From positions 1,860,001 through 1,924,000 of the forward strand of contig CATNEN010000034.1 in assembly GCA_950097015.1 (NCBI GenBank): a stretch of 64,000 bases of DNA, written 5' to 3'. A model generated the notes under the pieces. That model did not search any database. It was not told the origin of the DNA and saw only the letters and a list, made by a program, of their open reading frames with translations. Shown here in pieces: positions 48,501 through 60,000 of this stretch (position 1 is its first letter; every line of letters starts with the position of its first letter). The stretch is from Macrostomum hystrix. Taxonomy: Eukaryota; Animalia; Platyhelminthes. The position numbers and the translations under genes were made by a program.

Positions 48501-51500
48501 CCGTGATTTGCTTTTCTGGGCCAGCCAATGAATGCTCAAGTTCCTAAAAACTTTAGGAAAGATTTCCTAAAAAATCTTTGTAACTAACCAAAACAGCAGC
48601 GGCTGCAACGGCCATCTGGCAGCCAAAACTCCGCCTGAACTGCTCGGCCGAAATGGACGAGTCTTTCGTCCGGTGGTTGTTGCTGCGCCAGACGCTCCAG
48701 CAGCCGCTCTCGCCAATGCCGGCACCTCCGGCGTCGCAACAGCCGTGGTCTCAGCAACCTGCGGCCTCAAAGGAGGCAGCTCGCCACGCAGCAGCCACGG
48801 CAGCCTCGGGATCAACGTCAGCGGGGCCTATCGAAGCCACCGCACGGTGACGCCCCAGAATTCCATCGGCAGCTGCAAGGACACCATGGGACACGCCTGG
48901 GTGAAGGACGCCGGCAAGGAGCCTGCTCCAGGAGGCTGCGGTCGAGAGGAAAAGCAAGTGAGTAACAGTGGCCTGGCTTGTGAGCTGGGATCCGGAGAGC
49001 ATTGCGCCTGAGTCTCCCATCATTAGTCTAGGGTTAGAATTTTTATTGCAGCTACGTTGGTTAGGTTTGTAGTGACGTGAGTAAACATCGTCTAATTTAA
49101 ACCGATGATCGCTTTTATGGTTTTGCTTACTTTCGTCCAATCAACAAATAATTGTACAAATTCTCTAGCAAAACCGAAACCAATGAAGAAAATCTAAAAT
49201 ACAAAAAAATTCGAATTTCAGCGTCGGATCTGTCTATCGCAGCTGCTGCCGAAACCGCACGGGTGTTTCCAAGATCGCCAGGACTACGCGCTGTACCTGC
49301 TTCATCCGGATAACAGGTAACAGTTTTGCCAACTATTGTCTTTCGACTTCAGAACTGAGTCCAACGAAATCCCGAAAAATCTGTCACAAATTCAGATTTC
49401 GTCTGCTCTGTCAGGCGATGATTTCTAAGAAATGGTTCGACTACACAGTGCTGTTCTTCATTGCTCTCAATTGCATAACACTGGCCATGGAGCGACCGTC
49501 GATACCGCCCGATAGCATTGTGAGACATGACATTTGGTGTTTATTGTCTGAAAGGAAGGATTACTTACATTTGTTTTTCTTGCCGCAAAAAACCACCTCA
49601 CCGCAGGAGCGCCAGTTTCTGAGCATTAGCAACAACATCTTCACCTTAATCTTCGCCGTGGAGATGTCTCTGAAGGTGCTGGCCAAAGGCCTGGTGATTG
49701 GAGAGCACACCTACCTTCGCAGCGGCTGGAACATCATGGACGGCGCTCTGGTGGCCGTGTCGCTAACCGACGCCTTCGTCACTCTGCTTCTTGGCAGTTC
49801 GAATCGTATCTTCGGCATTCTGAGAGTTTTCCGGCTGCTCCGCACTCTGCGACCGTTGCGGGTGATCAGCCGCGCTCCAGGCCTGAAGCTCGTGGTCCAG
49901 ACGCTGCTATCGTCACTGCGGCCCATTGGCAACATTGTACTCATCTGCTGCACATTCTTCATCATCTTCGGCATTCTCGGTGAGTGCTCACGGCCCCCGA
50001 ATGAGAGTCCTAATTACACCGAATCCTAATGACACCGAATCCTAATGACACCGAATCCTAATGACACCGAATCCTATGCGACTAAATCTCTGTCCAGGTG
50101 TGCAACTATTCAAAGGCAAATTCTACCACTGCGATGGCCCGGATGTGAAGATGGTGACTAACAAAACCGACTGCTTGGCCGACAAGAGAAACGAGTGGAA
50201 GAAGCACAAGTACAACTTTGATAACCTGGGACAGGCGCTAATGGCATTGTTTGTGCTATCAACGAAAGACGGTTGGGTGCAGATCATGTACACCGGTTTG
50301 GACGCTGTCGGCGAGGACATGCAACCCGTGGAGAACTACAACGAGTTCCTGTTGGTGTACTTCATCTCCTTCCTTCTGCTTGTCGGCTTCTTTGTGCTGA
50401 ACATGTTCGTCGGCGTGGTGGTGGAAAACTTTCACAAATGTCGCGCCAGCCAGGAAAAGGAGGAGAAGGCCAGACGGGCCGCCAAGCGGGCAAGACGAAT
50501 GGAGAAGAAGAGAAAGAGTGAGTGCTCAGGTGCTTTTGACGGCGATTGAGTAGTTAAATAAATTATATTGGTTCTATTTATCTATGCGATCGTCAGTAGT
50601 CTATGGTAAAAGCGCATCGTTACAATGTTATTTTAGTGGTTTATAAGTAGTCAGCACGACGCTAAAAACTGCTGGATATAGGTCAAATGGCCCAAACAAT
50701 GCGACAGTGCCCACAGCGAAAAATAAGTTGAGCAGCCTTAAATAAATAATTATTTTTCCACTTGCAGGGATCCGTGAGACTCCGTACTGGGCTGGCTACT
50801 CACGCTGGCGGCACACGATTCACAGCTTTGTAGATAGCAAATACTTCGACCTGGTCATTGCTACAATCATCGGACTAAATGTTATCACAATGGCAATGGA
50901 GTTCTACCTAATGCCCAAGGTAAAATCGACAGAACATTTTTTGCCTAAAGTTCCATGTGGAACTGACTGAAAAAGCGAATTTTCATGTTAATCTTCATGT
51001 TGTTCTCAACCTTGGCTTTTTAGATCAGATTTCATAGAGGTTTAAAATAGAGAAGAAAGAACGTGCTACACAAAGTCCAACCAATTAGAGTGCTCTGATA
51101 GTTTATGCGAGAAAAAAATGATATAAAAATTAGGATCCACTCTGGCCGATCAGAGAGCCCTGGGGTTAAACGAGACAAGCAGGGGAAGAAAAAAAGAGGA
51201 TCCACTCTGGCCAATAAGAGAGCTCTGGGGTTAAACGAGGCAAGCAGGGGTAGAAAAAATAGAGGAGCCCCTCTGACCAATCAGAGAGCACTGGGTTTTA
51301 AACGAGACAAGCAGGGGTAGTAAAAATACAGGAGCCCCTCTGACCAATCAGAGAGCACTGGGTTTTTAAACGAGACAAGCAGGGGTAGAAGAAATACAGG
51401 AGCCCCTCTGACCAATCAGAGAGCACTGGGTTTTTAAACGAGACAAGCAGGGGTAGAAAAAATACAGAAGCCCCTCTGACCAATCAGAGAGCACTGGGTT

Positions 51501-54500
51501 TTAAACGAGACAAGCAGGGGTAGAAAAAATATAGGACAGAGGACACATCAGAGAGCAGTAATTTTTTGGGGAGAGAAAGCACGGAGGTCGGTTTAAAAAC
51601 GGGCGACTACTTTGGCTTTCAAAAGCTTCGCTTGTATCATGTGATGCTAAATTAGTTGTTATTTTTTTTCAGGAGCTCGAGTACGCTCTGAAAACAACCA
51701 ATTACATCTTCACATCGGTGTTCATCATTGAGGCAGTGTGCAAAATTGTCGCTCTCGGTGTCAAGAGATACTTCAAGGATAGGTAAGACTTCTAACTGAT
51801 TGTGCGCTGTTATTTTTTCTCAAAGCACAATACATCAACAGATTTTTTGTTGAAAATTCGTTCTCGTACTACTAACAAGCTGATAAGAATAGACTTACTT
51901 AAGCAGGACCATTTCGCAAAACATAGCCTTTAATTTGTTGCATGGTTAAAATGCAAACTATTAATTAATTTGCTTACAAACTCCCACCCTTTGCAGCAGG
52001 TAAGTTGGACCAACGTCTCTCGCAGCGGGCAGCAGAGCGTTCTTGACTCGTGTCTCTCGAATTATTTTTTCTCGCCGATGTTTTTTACTTTATAGTCTGG
52101 GCTGGGTTCTAGGTACCAGGGCCATTGAGCCAATCTGCACTGGCAAATCTTTGATAGAATCTTGCAAACATTTCTTTAGAATTTTACGGCATTAACTGTA
52201 CTTTCCTATTTGAATTGTTTGTTTGCGAAGTTTTAATTTTAGCTTGGCCTGCCATTCATCCTATCCTGTTTTTTTAGTTATAACTCCCTAAATTTTGACA
52301 TTGTTATAGAATTTGAATGCAAATTCTGTATGCTACTGTTATCACTAATAAATTCAGTAGTATGTACGTACATATTCGTTCTTCTACTGCTATTACTGGC
52401 TTAAAATAATTTCGATTCGCGATCGTCCCTGCAAAATGAGTTCTTAATTTTTATAAACATTCCTATAAAACATGTCACAATGGCTTTCTTATTCAGAGAT
52501 TGCGTACGAGAAAGAAAATTTTGACAATATGACTAACGGAGAGTTTTAACTTTTTTAATATCAAAAGCCTAAAGCTTAAACCTGACTAAAAATCTCGTAA
52601 AGCGAACCCTTTATTGCCATTTTCGCAGGTGGAATCAACTGGATGTGTTCATAGTAGTGCTATCGGTTAGCGGCATCGTCCTTGAGGAGATGGAGTCCAA
52701 AATTATACCTATAAATCCAACTATTATTCGAGTCATGCGGGTGCTCAGAATCGCTAGAGGTACGCCCGCATTTTCAGATTCTACTACTGAGTGTCTCTGA
52801 CTTTCCCACTCACACACATTTCATTGGTCCTTCAGGTGGAACACTCACCCACGCATTCATTGGTCCTTCAGGTGGACCACACACCCACGCATTCATTGGT
52901 CCTTCAGGTGGAACACTCACCCACGCATTCATTGGTCCTTCAGGTGGAACACTCACCCACGCAATCGTTGGTCCTTCAGGTGGAACACTCACCCACGCAA
53001 TCGTTGGTCCTTCAAGTGGAACACTCACCCACGGATTCATTGGTCCTTCAGGTGGAACACTCACCCACGCATTCATTGGTCCTTCAGGTGGAACACTCAC
53101 CCACGCAATCGTTGGTCCTTCAAGTGGAACACTCACCCACGGATTCATTGGTCCTTCAGGTGGAACACTCACCCACGCATTCATTGGTCCTTCATGTGGA
53201 ACACTCACCCACGCATTCATTGGTCCTTCAGGTGGAACACTCACCCACGCATTCATTGGTCCTTCAGGTGGAACACTCACCCACGCATTCATTGGTCCTT
53301 CAGGTGGAACACTAAAACAGACATTGATTAGTCTTTTGTCTCATTGTTAGGAACAAAATGATTCATTACAAAGAGCGCCTTCCATATACTTTTCCTAACA
53401 GTTCTGAAGCTGTTGAAGATGGCCAAGGGCATCCGGGCTCTGTTGGATACGGTTATCCAGGCGCTGCCTCAGGTTGGCAATCTCGGCCTGCTGTTCTTTC
53501 TACTATTCTTCATCTTTGCAGCGTTGGGTGTGGAACTGTTTGGCAGGCTAGGTACGTTTGACGAGAGTAAAAACTGCATTTGCAAGTTCAGTTCTAACTT
53601 AGATAGAGCTTGGTAGACTGTGTATTGTTTCTGCACAAAATTTCACAGAATGCTCCCTGGACAACCCGTGCGTCGGCCTTAACCGGCATGCCCACTTCGA
53701 GAACTTTGGCATGGCCTTCCTAACTCTATTTCGAATTGCGACTGGCGACAATTGGAACGGCATCATGAAGGACACGCTGCGAAAGAAGTGCGACTCCAGC
53801 GACCAATGCGTGAAGAACTGCTGCGTGTCTCAGGTGATCGCCCCAATCTACTTCGTGGTGTTCGTCCTCATGGCACAGTTTGTACTCGTCAATGTCGTTG
53901 TCGCCGTGCTAATGAAGCACTTGGAGGTAATGTCTTGCTGCCTATCTCTATAGGAACTGTAGGTCAGGAGAGGAACTGTAGGTCAGGAGAGGAACTGTAG
54001 GTCAGGAGAGGAACTGTAGGTCAGGAGAGGAACTGTAGGTCAGGAGAGGAACTGTAGGTCAGGAGAGGAACTGTAGGTCAGGAGAGGAACTGTAGGTCAG
54101 GAGAGGAACTGTAGGTCAGGAGAGGAACTGTAGGTCAGGAGAGGAACTGTAGGTCAGGAGAGGAACTGTAGTTAGGATCAGGAGAGGAACTGTAGTTAGG
54201 GTCACGAGAGGAACTGTAGTTAGGGTCAGGAGAGGAACTGTAGTTAGGATCAGGAGAGGAACTGTAGTTAGGGTCAGGAGAGGAACTGTAGTTAGGATCA
54301 GGAGAGGAACTGTAGTTAGGATCAGGAGAGGAACTGTAGTTAGGATCAGGAGAGGAACTGTAGTGAGGATCAGGAGAGGAACTGTAGTTAGGATCAGGAG
54401 AGGAACTGTAGTTAGGATCAGGAGAGGAACTGTAGTTAGGAATCACGTAGTTAGGAAATGCAAGTTGAATGCTCTAAACCCTCTGAAACCATCCACCCGC

Positions 54501-54957
54501 GCAGGAGTCGCACAAGATGATGTCCGACGACGACGAGCTGGAAAAGGAGATTCGCCGCGAGTTAGAAGAGGAGAAACGAGAAAATCAGAGACAAAAAGAT
54601 CGGAGAGAGCGGGACAGAAAAGAGGTGAGGCTGTGTTGTATCTTGAAAGTTTATTAAATTAATGAATATGTATTCCGAGTTTAATTTGGTCTGGCGTTGT
54701 GAAGCTTCAGCCAGGGAGGGAATGTGCAAAGTACTCAGCACTGAGCAAGCAACATGAGTTTCAGTCGATTCTCAATTTCGCCCTCGCAGCAACAGTCGCG
54801 CGACCGCGCCGCCGCTGCAGCCTCCGCAGCCGGCAACAAAGCATCATCGGCCATCGTCCGGACGGTTATCGTCGACGTGAACGCAGCCGCGTCCTCAGTA
54901 GATTTCGACGCCGTTGATATTTCCGAAACCGCCAACGACACTTTCCAACGGCGATGA
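18551..54957 (+). CDS. Cav3: Voltage-gated T-type calcium channel alpha-1 subunit (Cav3; CACNA1G/H/I orthologue group), ~28 exons, ~1904 aa
   Basis: Exons: 18551-18744, 25547-25792, 26399-26496, 29877-30048, 30847-31165, 35766-35858, 38382-39099, 40671-40763, 41842-41963, 42399-42550, 42642-42827, 43412-43565, 44248-44403, 46396-46546, 47158-47462, 47758-47831, 48597-48957, 49222-49316, 49396-49519, 49607-49979, 50098-50517, 50768-50919, 51673-51782, 52629-52759, 53402-53551, 53649-53926, 54505-54624, 54790-54957 (alternative last exon 54902-55132). Phases are consistent throughout and the sum is 5715 nt. Four S4 segments; filter ISLESW/TQEDW/TKDGW/TGDNW = EEDD; gating brake SETKKRE...EPASCY; PRASPE motif. 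Confidence 0.95.
18745..18754 (+). promoter_or_regulatory. U12-type (minor spliceosome) 5' splice site, AT-AC subtype, Cav3 intron 1
   Basis: ATATCCTTTT directly follows ...ATCACCTGGCC and matches the /RTATCCTTT consensus exactly. Confidence 0.9.
18925..20665. repeat. Minisatellite, 20-bp unit GGGATGGGTGAGTGAGAGAT (Cav3 intron 1)
   Basis: About 85 units, period 20. Confidence 0.97.
21335..21935. repeat. Minisatellite, 21-bp unit GGTCACCTAAATCTCAGAAGT with higher-order pattern
   Basis: Variant units recur in 4-5-unit cycles. Confidence 0.9.
22503..23665. repeat. Minisatellite, 16/14-bp units GAGATGAGACAGGGGA / GAGATGAGACAGTG
   Basis: Purine-rich tandem array. Confidence 0.95.
24425..25465. 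repeat. Minisatellite, 31-bp unit TCTAATCTATTAGGAGATTAGGAATTGACAT
   Basis: About 33 units, ending ~40 nt before the U12 branch point. Confidence 0.95.
25503..25546 (+). promoter_or_regulatory. U12 branch point (TTCCTTAAC) and AC 3' splice site of Cav3 intron 1
   Basis: TTCCTTAAC lies at 25503-25511. The first AC downstream is 25545-46, and splicing there gives in-frame [13 protein letters not shown]. No AG lies between the branch point and the AC. Confidence 0.88.
25788..26355. repeat. Minisatellite, 21-bp unit GGGTAGGGAGAGATGCAGGCT (Cav3 intron 2)
   Basis: The first unit overlaps the exon 2 donor. Confidence 0.95.
26520..28608. repeat. Minisatellite, 21-bp unit GACAGAGATAGGGTTGAGGTG (Cav3 intron 3)
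   Basis: About 99 units; source of three spurious ~700-aa ORFs. Confidence 0.97.
29048..29715. repeat. 38-bp tandem array ATAGATTAGCAATCCATTCTACCCCTGAATCAAATCAG closed by two inverted units
   Basis: Direct units run to 29611, then a spacer at 29612-29634, then reverse-complement units at 29635-29715. Confidence 0.9.
30115..30630 (+). mobile_element. SINE family A copy interrupted by a family B insertion
   Basis: B box GGTTCGATTCCCGAC at ~30143. The body resumes at 30414 with GCAAGACACTTAACTCTGCATTGCTTCAGCTCACCC and ends GGGGCAGATTTAATC. Confidence 0.65.
30167..30398 (-). mobile_element. tRNA-derived SINE family B, internally deleted copy, nested in family A with ~15-bp TSD
   Basis: Minus-strand head GGTGGCAGAGTGGTTAA...GCTCGATTCC and (ATT)n-like tail. 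Flanked by CCCGACTCCCGCCAA (30152-66) and CCCGGCTCCCACCAA (30399-413). Confidence 0.75.
31225..31745. repeat. Minisatellite, 31-bp unit GTCTGGTAGTCTACAGGAAGACTGGGAGAGT
   Basis: About 16 units that drift to a second variant. Confidence 0.9.
32595..32826. repeat. 18-bp CT-rich array CTATCTACCTTGTCTCAT
   Basis: About 12 degenerate units. Confidence 0.85.
33415..33710. repeat. Minisatellite, 34-bp unit CAGCCATTACACCCTCATTTATCCCACAGTGTCT
   Basis: About 8.5 units between 33-bp direct repeats. Confidence 0.92.
34160..35560. repeat. GA-rich compound micro/minisatellite (GAGATG, GAGACAGA, GAGAGG)
   Basis: Almost purely purine on the + strand. Confidence 0.95.
36725..38310. repeat. Minisatellite, 19-bp unit TTTTCAGATCAGTTTCGGG (Cav3 intron 6)
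   Basis: About 80 units, ending ~70 nt before the exon 7 acceptor. Confidence 0.95.
39855..40595. repeat. Compound array: 28-bp GAGTGATTCTCGAGGGCTGATTGTCGAT, then 27-bp GATTCTCAAGGGTGATTCTTAAGGAGG
   Basis: Two related units switching abruptly at ~40390. Confidence 0.9.
42010..42325. repeat. Minisatellite, 41-bp unit GTCTGCTCACTGAAGGACATTGGTACTGAGGAAGGATTAGT
   Basis: About 7 units filling Cav3 intron 9. Confidence 0.92.
42908..43121 (-). mobile_element. SINE family A copy in Cav3 intron 11
   Basis: The reverse complement reads GGGGTTTTAGCCTAGTGGTT..GGTTCGATTCCCGG..CTGGAACAA..GGCACTTAACTCTGCA..GATGCGCCGCGCAATAGCTG..GGGACAGGTGTAA, collinear with the 9762 copy. The anticodon arm is deleted. 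Confidence 0.75.
43835..44182 (-). mobile_element. SINE family B copy in Cav3 intron 12
   Basis: Shares AATAATTGCAGGAGGGCTG..GGCAGTGGCACATCATTTG and GAGGTTGGCC..AAGCCCCCAAGCCTTCTCT..GCGGAATCGAGCT with the 30167 copy, plus an extra internal segment. Confidence 0.75.
45550..45860. repeat. 68-bp AT-rich tandem repeat
   Basis: TATGGGAAAATGG recurs at 45593, 45661 and 45729. Confidence 0.88.
46620..47000. repeat. 21-bp array GGATAAATCATCTTCTAGATG and derivatives
   Basis: Tandem units in Cav3 intron 14. Confidence 0.85.
51160..51535. repeat. 68-bp tandem repeat containing GACCAATCAGAGAGC
   Basis: AACGAGACAAGC recurs at 51301, 51369 and 51437. Confidence 0.88.
52812..53312. repeat. Minisatellite, 36-bp unit CATTGGTCCTTCAGGTGGAACACTCACCCACGCATT
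   Basis: About 14 units in Cav3 intron 24. Confidence 0.95.
53950..54445. repeat. Compound array, 19-bp GAACTGTAGGTCAGGAGAG switching to 24-bp GAACTGTAGTTAGGATCAGGAGAG
   Basis: The unit length changes at ~54165. Confidence 0.93.
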
Positions 54958-56099
54958 AAATGGCGAAGACGACCTGCTGCGCCAGGAGGCCGAGCTGGAG
55001 GCCGCCGCTGCGAGACGCAGAGCATCCCTGCCAGCTTCGGAGACGGCGTTGTCGCTGACTGGCGGGTCTATAGCTGCCGGCAAATTTCAGCAGCAGCAGC
55101 AGCAGCCCTCCCCCATTGAGGAGCGCTTGTGATCTGACTACCGGATCGATCATCGCGCATGTCACCTCATCGTACTCAAAGAATTAAATAATTGGCACGC
55201 ATATCCATCTCGGTGTATGAAATTTACAAGGCGTTAGCTTTACATAGATAGAAATACATGACTACCAGCTTCCAGATTGGGGACTGTCGAATTTCTATCA
55301 ATGTGTCGAGAATGTTGACATGACAGACATTAACGAAATCTCACCATTTTTGTGCTTCTCAATAGAAAAACGAACGCTCTTCTTCTAAAAGCTAGAGCAA
55401 ACCAACAACGCGTCATGCACCCAGCCCCCCCCCTAGGCCGTTTCTCCATCTAGTTGACTTGTTTCATCTCCGGCAATCTTTCTAACCATTGACTGCTCAG
55501 AACTAGTTCACTCTAGTCATGCTATACATGTATAAGCGTCATACTCTACTTGAGATGCCTGGTAGTAGTAATATTAGGAAAAATGCTGTCAGTACCTAGT
55601 GTGTTCATCTATCGGCCAAAGATTTCTTCTACGAGTACTTTGGCACCTCACCCACAAGATGAATTCAATTTTCGAGATTTTAATTAGTTTTACTGATCAA
55701 AAACTGCGGGCTGTTCAGCCCAGTGCGACACACCGGCGACCCCTTGCTGCTGCATTTCATTCCAATTATTTTCTTTTTATTACAATTTTTCTGAAATTCC
55801 CTGAAAACTGTTGATTATCTATCGAACGGTGGTTTCAACCTGCAGCAACCGGCAGGATGAAAACAGCAGTGTTTCCTTTCAAGCGCTTTAAATTTTTTAA
55901 TTTTTGCGAACATTTGAATTTTGTCGATTGCAGATAAAAAATCTCTGAATGTGTCTGTATACATTTCTCCTTTCTACTGCGATATTTTTGTATCTATTGT
56001 ATGTTTTACACCTACCAAAATACTCGCCATCTCCACTCCCTGGCTCGATCTCTGAGGTGAAACTTGTTCAATTTACCTACATTATCTTTCTTTACATTT

Positions 56100-56455
56100 C
56101 CCCTCACTCTGATCTTCTCTCACTCTGATCTTCTCTCACTCTGATCTTCCCTCACTCTGATCTTCTCTCACTCTGATCTTCCCTCACTCTGATCTTCCCT
56201 CACCCTGATCTTCTCTCACTCTGATCTTCCCTCCTCCTGATCTTCTCTCACTCTGATCTTCCCTCACTCTGATCTTCTCTCACTCTGATCTTCCCTCACC
56301 CTGATCTTCTCTCTCTCTTTGATCTTCTCTCACTCTGATCTTCCCTCACCCTGATTTTCCCTCACCCTGACCTTCTCTCACCCTGATCTTCCCTCACCCT
56401 GATCATCCCTCACCCTGATCTTCCCTCGCCCTGATCTTCCCTCGCCCTGATCTTC
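56100..56455. repeat. 16-bp array CTGATCTTCTCTCACT
   Basis: About 22 units between convergent 3' ends. Confidence 0.92.
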
Positions 56456-57014
56456 CCATAGTTAGGATGACATAGCGCGCCAATTCGAAATTATCTGTCA
56501 ATGTTCAAGCTTAGCAGCCTATACTGTAGTTAATTACCAGCTTGTTAAGAACGCAGTGTGTATAGCAAATATGCAACCGACCTATTTATAATGATCAAAG
56601 TAAACTTGCTTAGCAGTAGTAAATTATTGCATTATTCGGTAAAGTTTTATTAATATAGTGATACAATAAAACATTTAAGTTTTCTATATGACTTCAATTT
56701 TATGAAAAGTACAAATACAGTGCAAGTATTTAGATAGAGAAACAAGTTTTCAAGCTTTATACTTTAACACATTTTTAGGTTCATGAAGCTCGGCTTGAAG
56801 CAGAATAATTTCATTAAATATTTTAGACCTACTGTTCACTCTCTTTAATGCTTTAAATATTTTAAACTAATAAAAGTAGAAAAAAATGGCTGAAAGACCG
56901 CAAGAGAAAAGTCACCGACGCAACTGCTGTCAAAGAGTGGCTCAGAAAGCCGTTAGCTCCAGCTCAATATTTAATTTAATCCGAATATTTACAATCGGTG
57001 CCTGCGGCTCATTC

Positions 57015-60000
57015 TCAGCTGTCCAAATGTGATGGCGGCTGCTGTGGCTGCGGTGTCTGCCAGGTCCTCGACGCGCCGCTGCCACTCAGCAGTCGATGAT
57101 GCTCGGAGTCGCTCCTGGCGCGCTGGTGCTGCCGCTGCTGACGCGGCTTGCCAGTCGAGACAACGCCAGCTGCAGCCGCCAGCTGGTGGCGATGCCAGAC
57201 TCGATCGCATTCCGCGCCGTCTTGGAAGGCTTCAGGCAGTGCCACTGCCGACAGGTTCTCGTATTCGCCGCCGCCGTTGAAGCTGCCGCCGCAGCCGCCT
57301 CCACTGCCAGCGGCTTGGCCAGAATTACGCGACGAGCTGTTGCTGCTGGGCGAATCCTCCGGACAGTTGAGTCTGATCACTTCTCTACCGTCGTCCACCT
57401 TGACGGTGTCGCTGAAGGCCACCTGGTGTGGTCGCAGCTGTGTCTGCTGCTGACTGCGAGATGATGAGCTGGAGCTAGCCGAATTGGCTGAGCAGCTGAT
57501 GTCAGGGATGTTCGATTTTTGTTTGAATGGTTCTGTCCAAGTTTTAAACTCTGTTATTTCACCAAATGACTTCAGGCTACGGATGCCTTGGATTGAGTGG
57601 GGCAGAGCGGACTAACGCATTCGTCTCTCGCAACACGTTCCACGTTCATTTCGGAGAGACGGCTTGGTGACTTGTCGTGAAATTTACGCTCCTGAAGGCC
57701 AACCTCTAAGGCACAGTGAGAGTGTACACTGCCTGGCCATGAGAAAGTTAGGGCAGGTGTACACACCTGTGGTAGTGTGTGTCTGCGTACAGTATCTGTG
57801 TGCGTGTGTGCTCAGGAGTCAGCGGAATGGGCAGAATTGCCTCCTTGCTGGCTTGAGGTCTACTGTCACCAAATGATGTGCCATTTCCCGCAGTCCTCCT
57901 GAAACTAATTTTATTGTATACACCAATGCCTACCGAGACGAAAGCTGCTGCTGGGCTGTTGAGCGCGCACTTTTACGAGCTCCGGCCTCGCCGGCAGCCG
58001 CTGTTAGGTCGGCCGCGACCTCAGCAACTCCGGCTCCGGCGCTCAAAGAGCGGGGAAATCCGACACGTGTGGTGGCCGTGGCGGCGGCTGTTAAGCGCCT
58101 GCGACGTTCTCGACTGTCTTCGGAGGCCTGCGAGATAAGGACGGACAAAATATAGATTTTTAACTTACCAAACACCCAGATTTCTAATAATTTCTTAATT
58201 CTCTAAACACTCAGGCCCACCTTGATGCTGTCCATTCGGGCCTGATGATCTGGCACAATTGAATCAATGCAGCGCAGCGTTTGGCGCCGGCTCTCGTCAG
58301 AACTGTTGAGATCGGCTGCTCGCTGAGGCACCGGATGAGCAATAGGCTGAGCCGACTGTGTGTGACTCATCCTGAGAATAAGCAGTAAAACTAATGATTA
58401 TTAATAAAAACAAATATGCACTTCAACTATTCCTGTCATTAAAAGTACATTTGAATATTAAAAGTACATTATGAATATTAAAAGTACATTTGATTATTAA
58501 AAGTACATTTAAATATTAAAAGTACATTTGAATATTAAAAGTACATTTGAATATTAAAAGTTCATTTGAATATTAAAAGTACATTTGAACATTAAAAGTA
58601 CATTTAAATAATAAAAGTACATTTGAACTCTAGAAGTACAAGTGAAAAATGAAGGTATAGTAAGGTATAGTTGGATAGTAAAAGTACTTCTTAGTTTAAA
58701 AACGCTTTTGTAATGTTCTATTCCAAATTTTAAAAAGTTCACTAGCTTACTCATATTTTCAGTTTTTAAAGTCACATCGGGTTTGCCAATAAAAGAATTC
58801 GTTCTGGTTAAAGTAACTACTTTTGTCCAAAAAATATAAGCTTTGACCAAAAGTACAAGTTTGTTAAAGTACACTAAATTTATATAGATATACGCCTACT
58901 TGCCATTAATTTAAGTTTTAATTTTTAATAATACTGGTTCAAGACTTAATACATGTATGCAAGAAAAACATGACGGGATTAAGATTGTAATTATTTGTCC
59001 AGAAATCGTAATTATAACAAAAAATCCGTGAGAAACTAAGCCCAGGTCAGCGACGCCTGCCACTCCGAGTCGTGACAGACAGATCTAACAAGCTGCAGCT
59101 GCAGCCTAGCTGCCTAGCTGCCTAGCTGCCTAGCTGCAGCTGCCAAACGCGAAAACAAATTCCTCTTCACCAGCGCTGGGCTTCAGAAGGAAGAAAAAAT
59201 ATTTTCTTTTCCGATGTCCCAGTGTTTGCCCACCCCGAAACCCAGAATCCGAGTTCTATCCCAACATGTTTTTCTTTGGCTCCAACCGGAGCAGACCCGG
59301 TCAGCGAAAGGGGGTCCGGATGGGGGAAAAAGTAGCTGATGACATGATGCCTGAAATTACATTTTTAATGTAATTAACTAAATTACATAAAGACGAAAAA
59401 AGTTAATTCATGCTGATTTGCACTTCTGCTTTGATGCTTTCAGCATAAAATTGTTTTATAAGTGGCATTTCCTTGCTTTAACAGTGGAGAGACTGAAATT
59501 TAAAATGATACACTTGGTACCTCAAAACGTAAGGTGCTACAATCAGTGGTCCTTCAATGTGTCAGACACTACAATCAATGGTCCTTCAATGTGTAAGACG
59601 CTACAATGAGTGGTCCTTCAATGTGTAAGACGCTTCAATCAATGGTCCTTCAATGTGTCAGACGCTACAATCAATGGTCCTTCAATGTGTAAGACGCTAC
59701 AATCAATGGTCCTTCAATGTGTGAGACGATACAATCAATGGTCCTTCAATGTGTCAGACGCTTCAATCAATGGTCCTTCAATGTGTGAGACGCTTCAATC
59801 AATGGTCCTTCAATGTGTGATACGCTACAATCATTGGTCCTTCAATGTGTAAGACACTACAATCAATGGTCCTTCAATGTGTGAGACGCTACAATCAATG
59901 GTCCTTCAATGTGTGAGACGCTACAATCAATGGTCCTTCAATGTGTGAGACGCTACAATCAATGGTCCTTCAATGTGTGAGACGATACAATCAATGCTCC

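Noticed and set aside
50518-50535. Alternative downstream donor analogous to Cav3 exon 25c
   Set aside because: The candidate GTGCTT is weak next to the upstream GTGAGT, and there is no other support.
59330-59395. CTGATGA...GAAA hammerhead-like words (also near 46325)
   Set aside because: The stem II closing pair and stem I cannot be formed.
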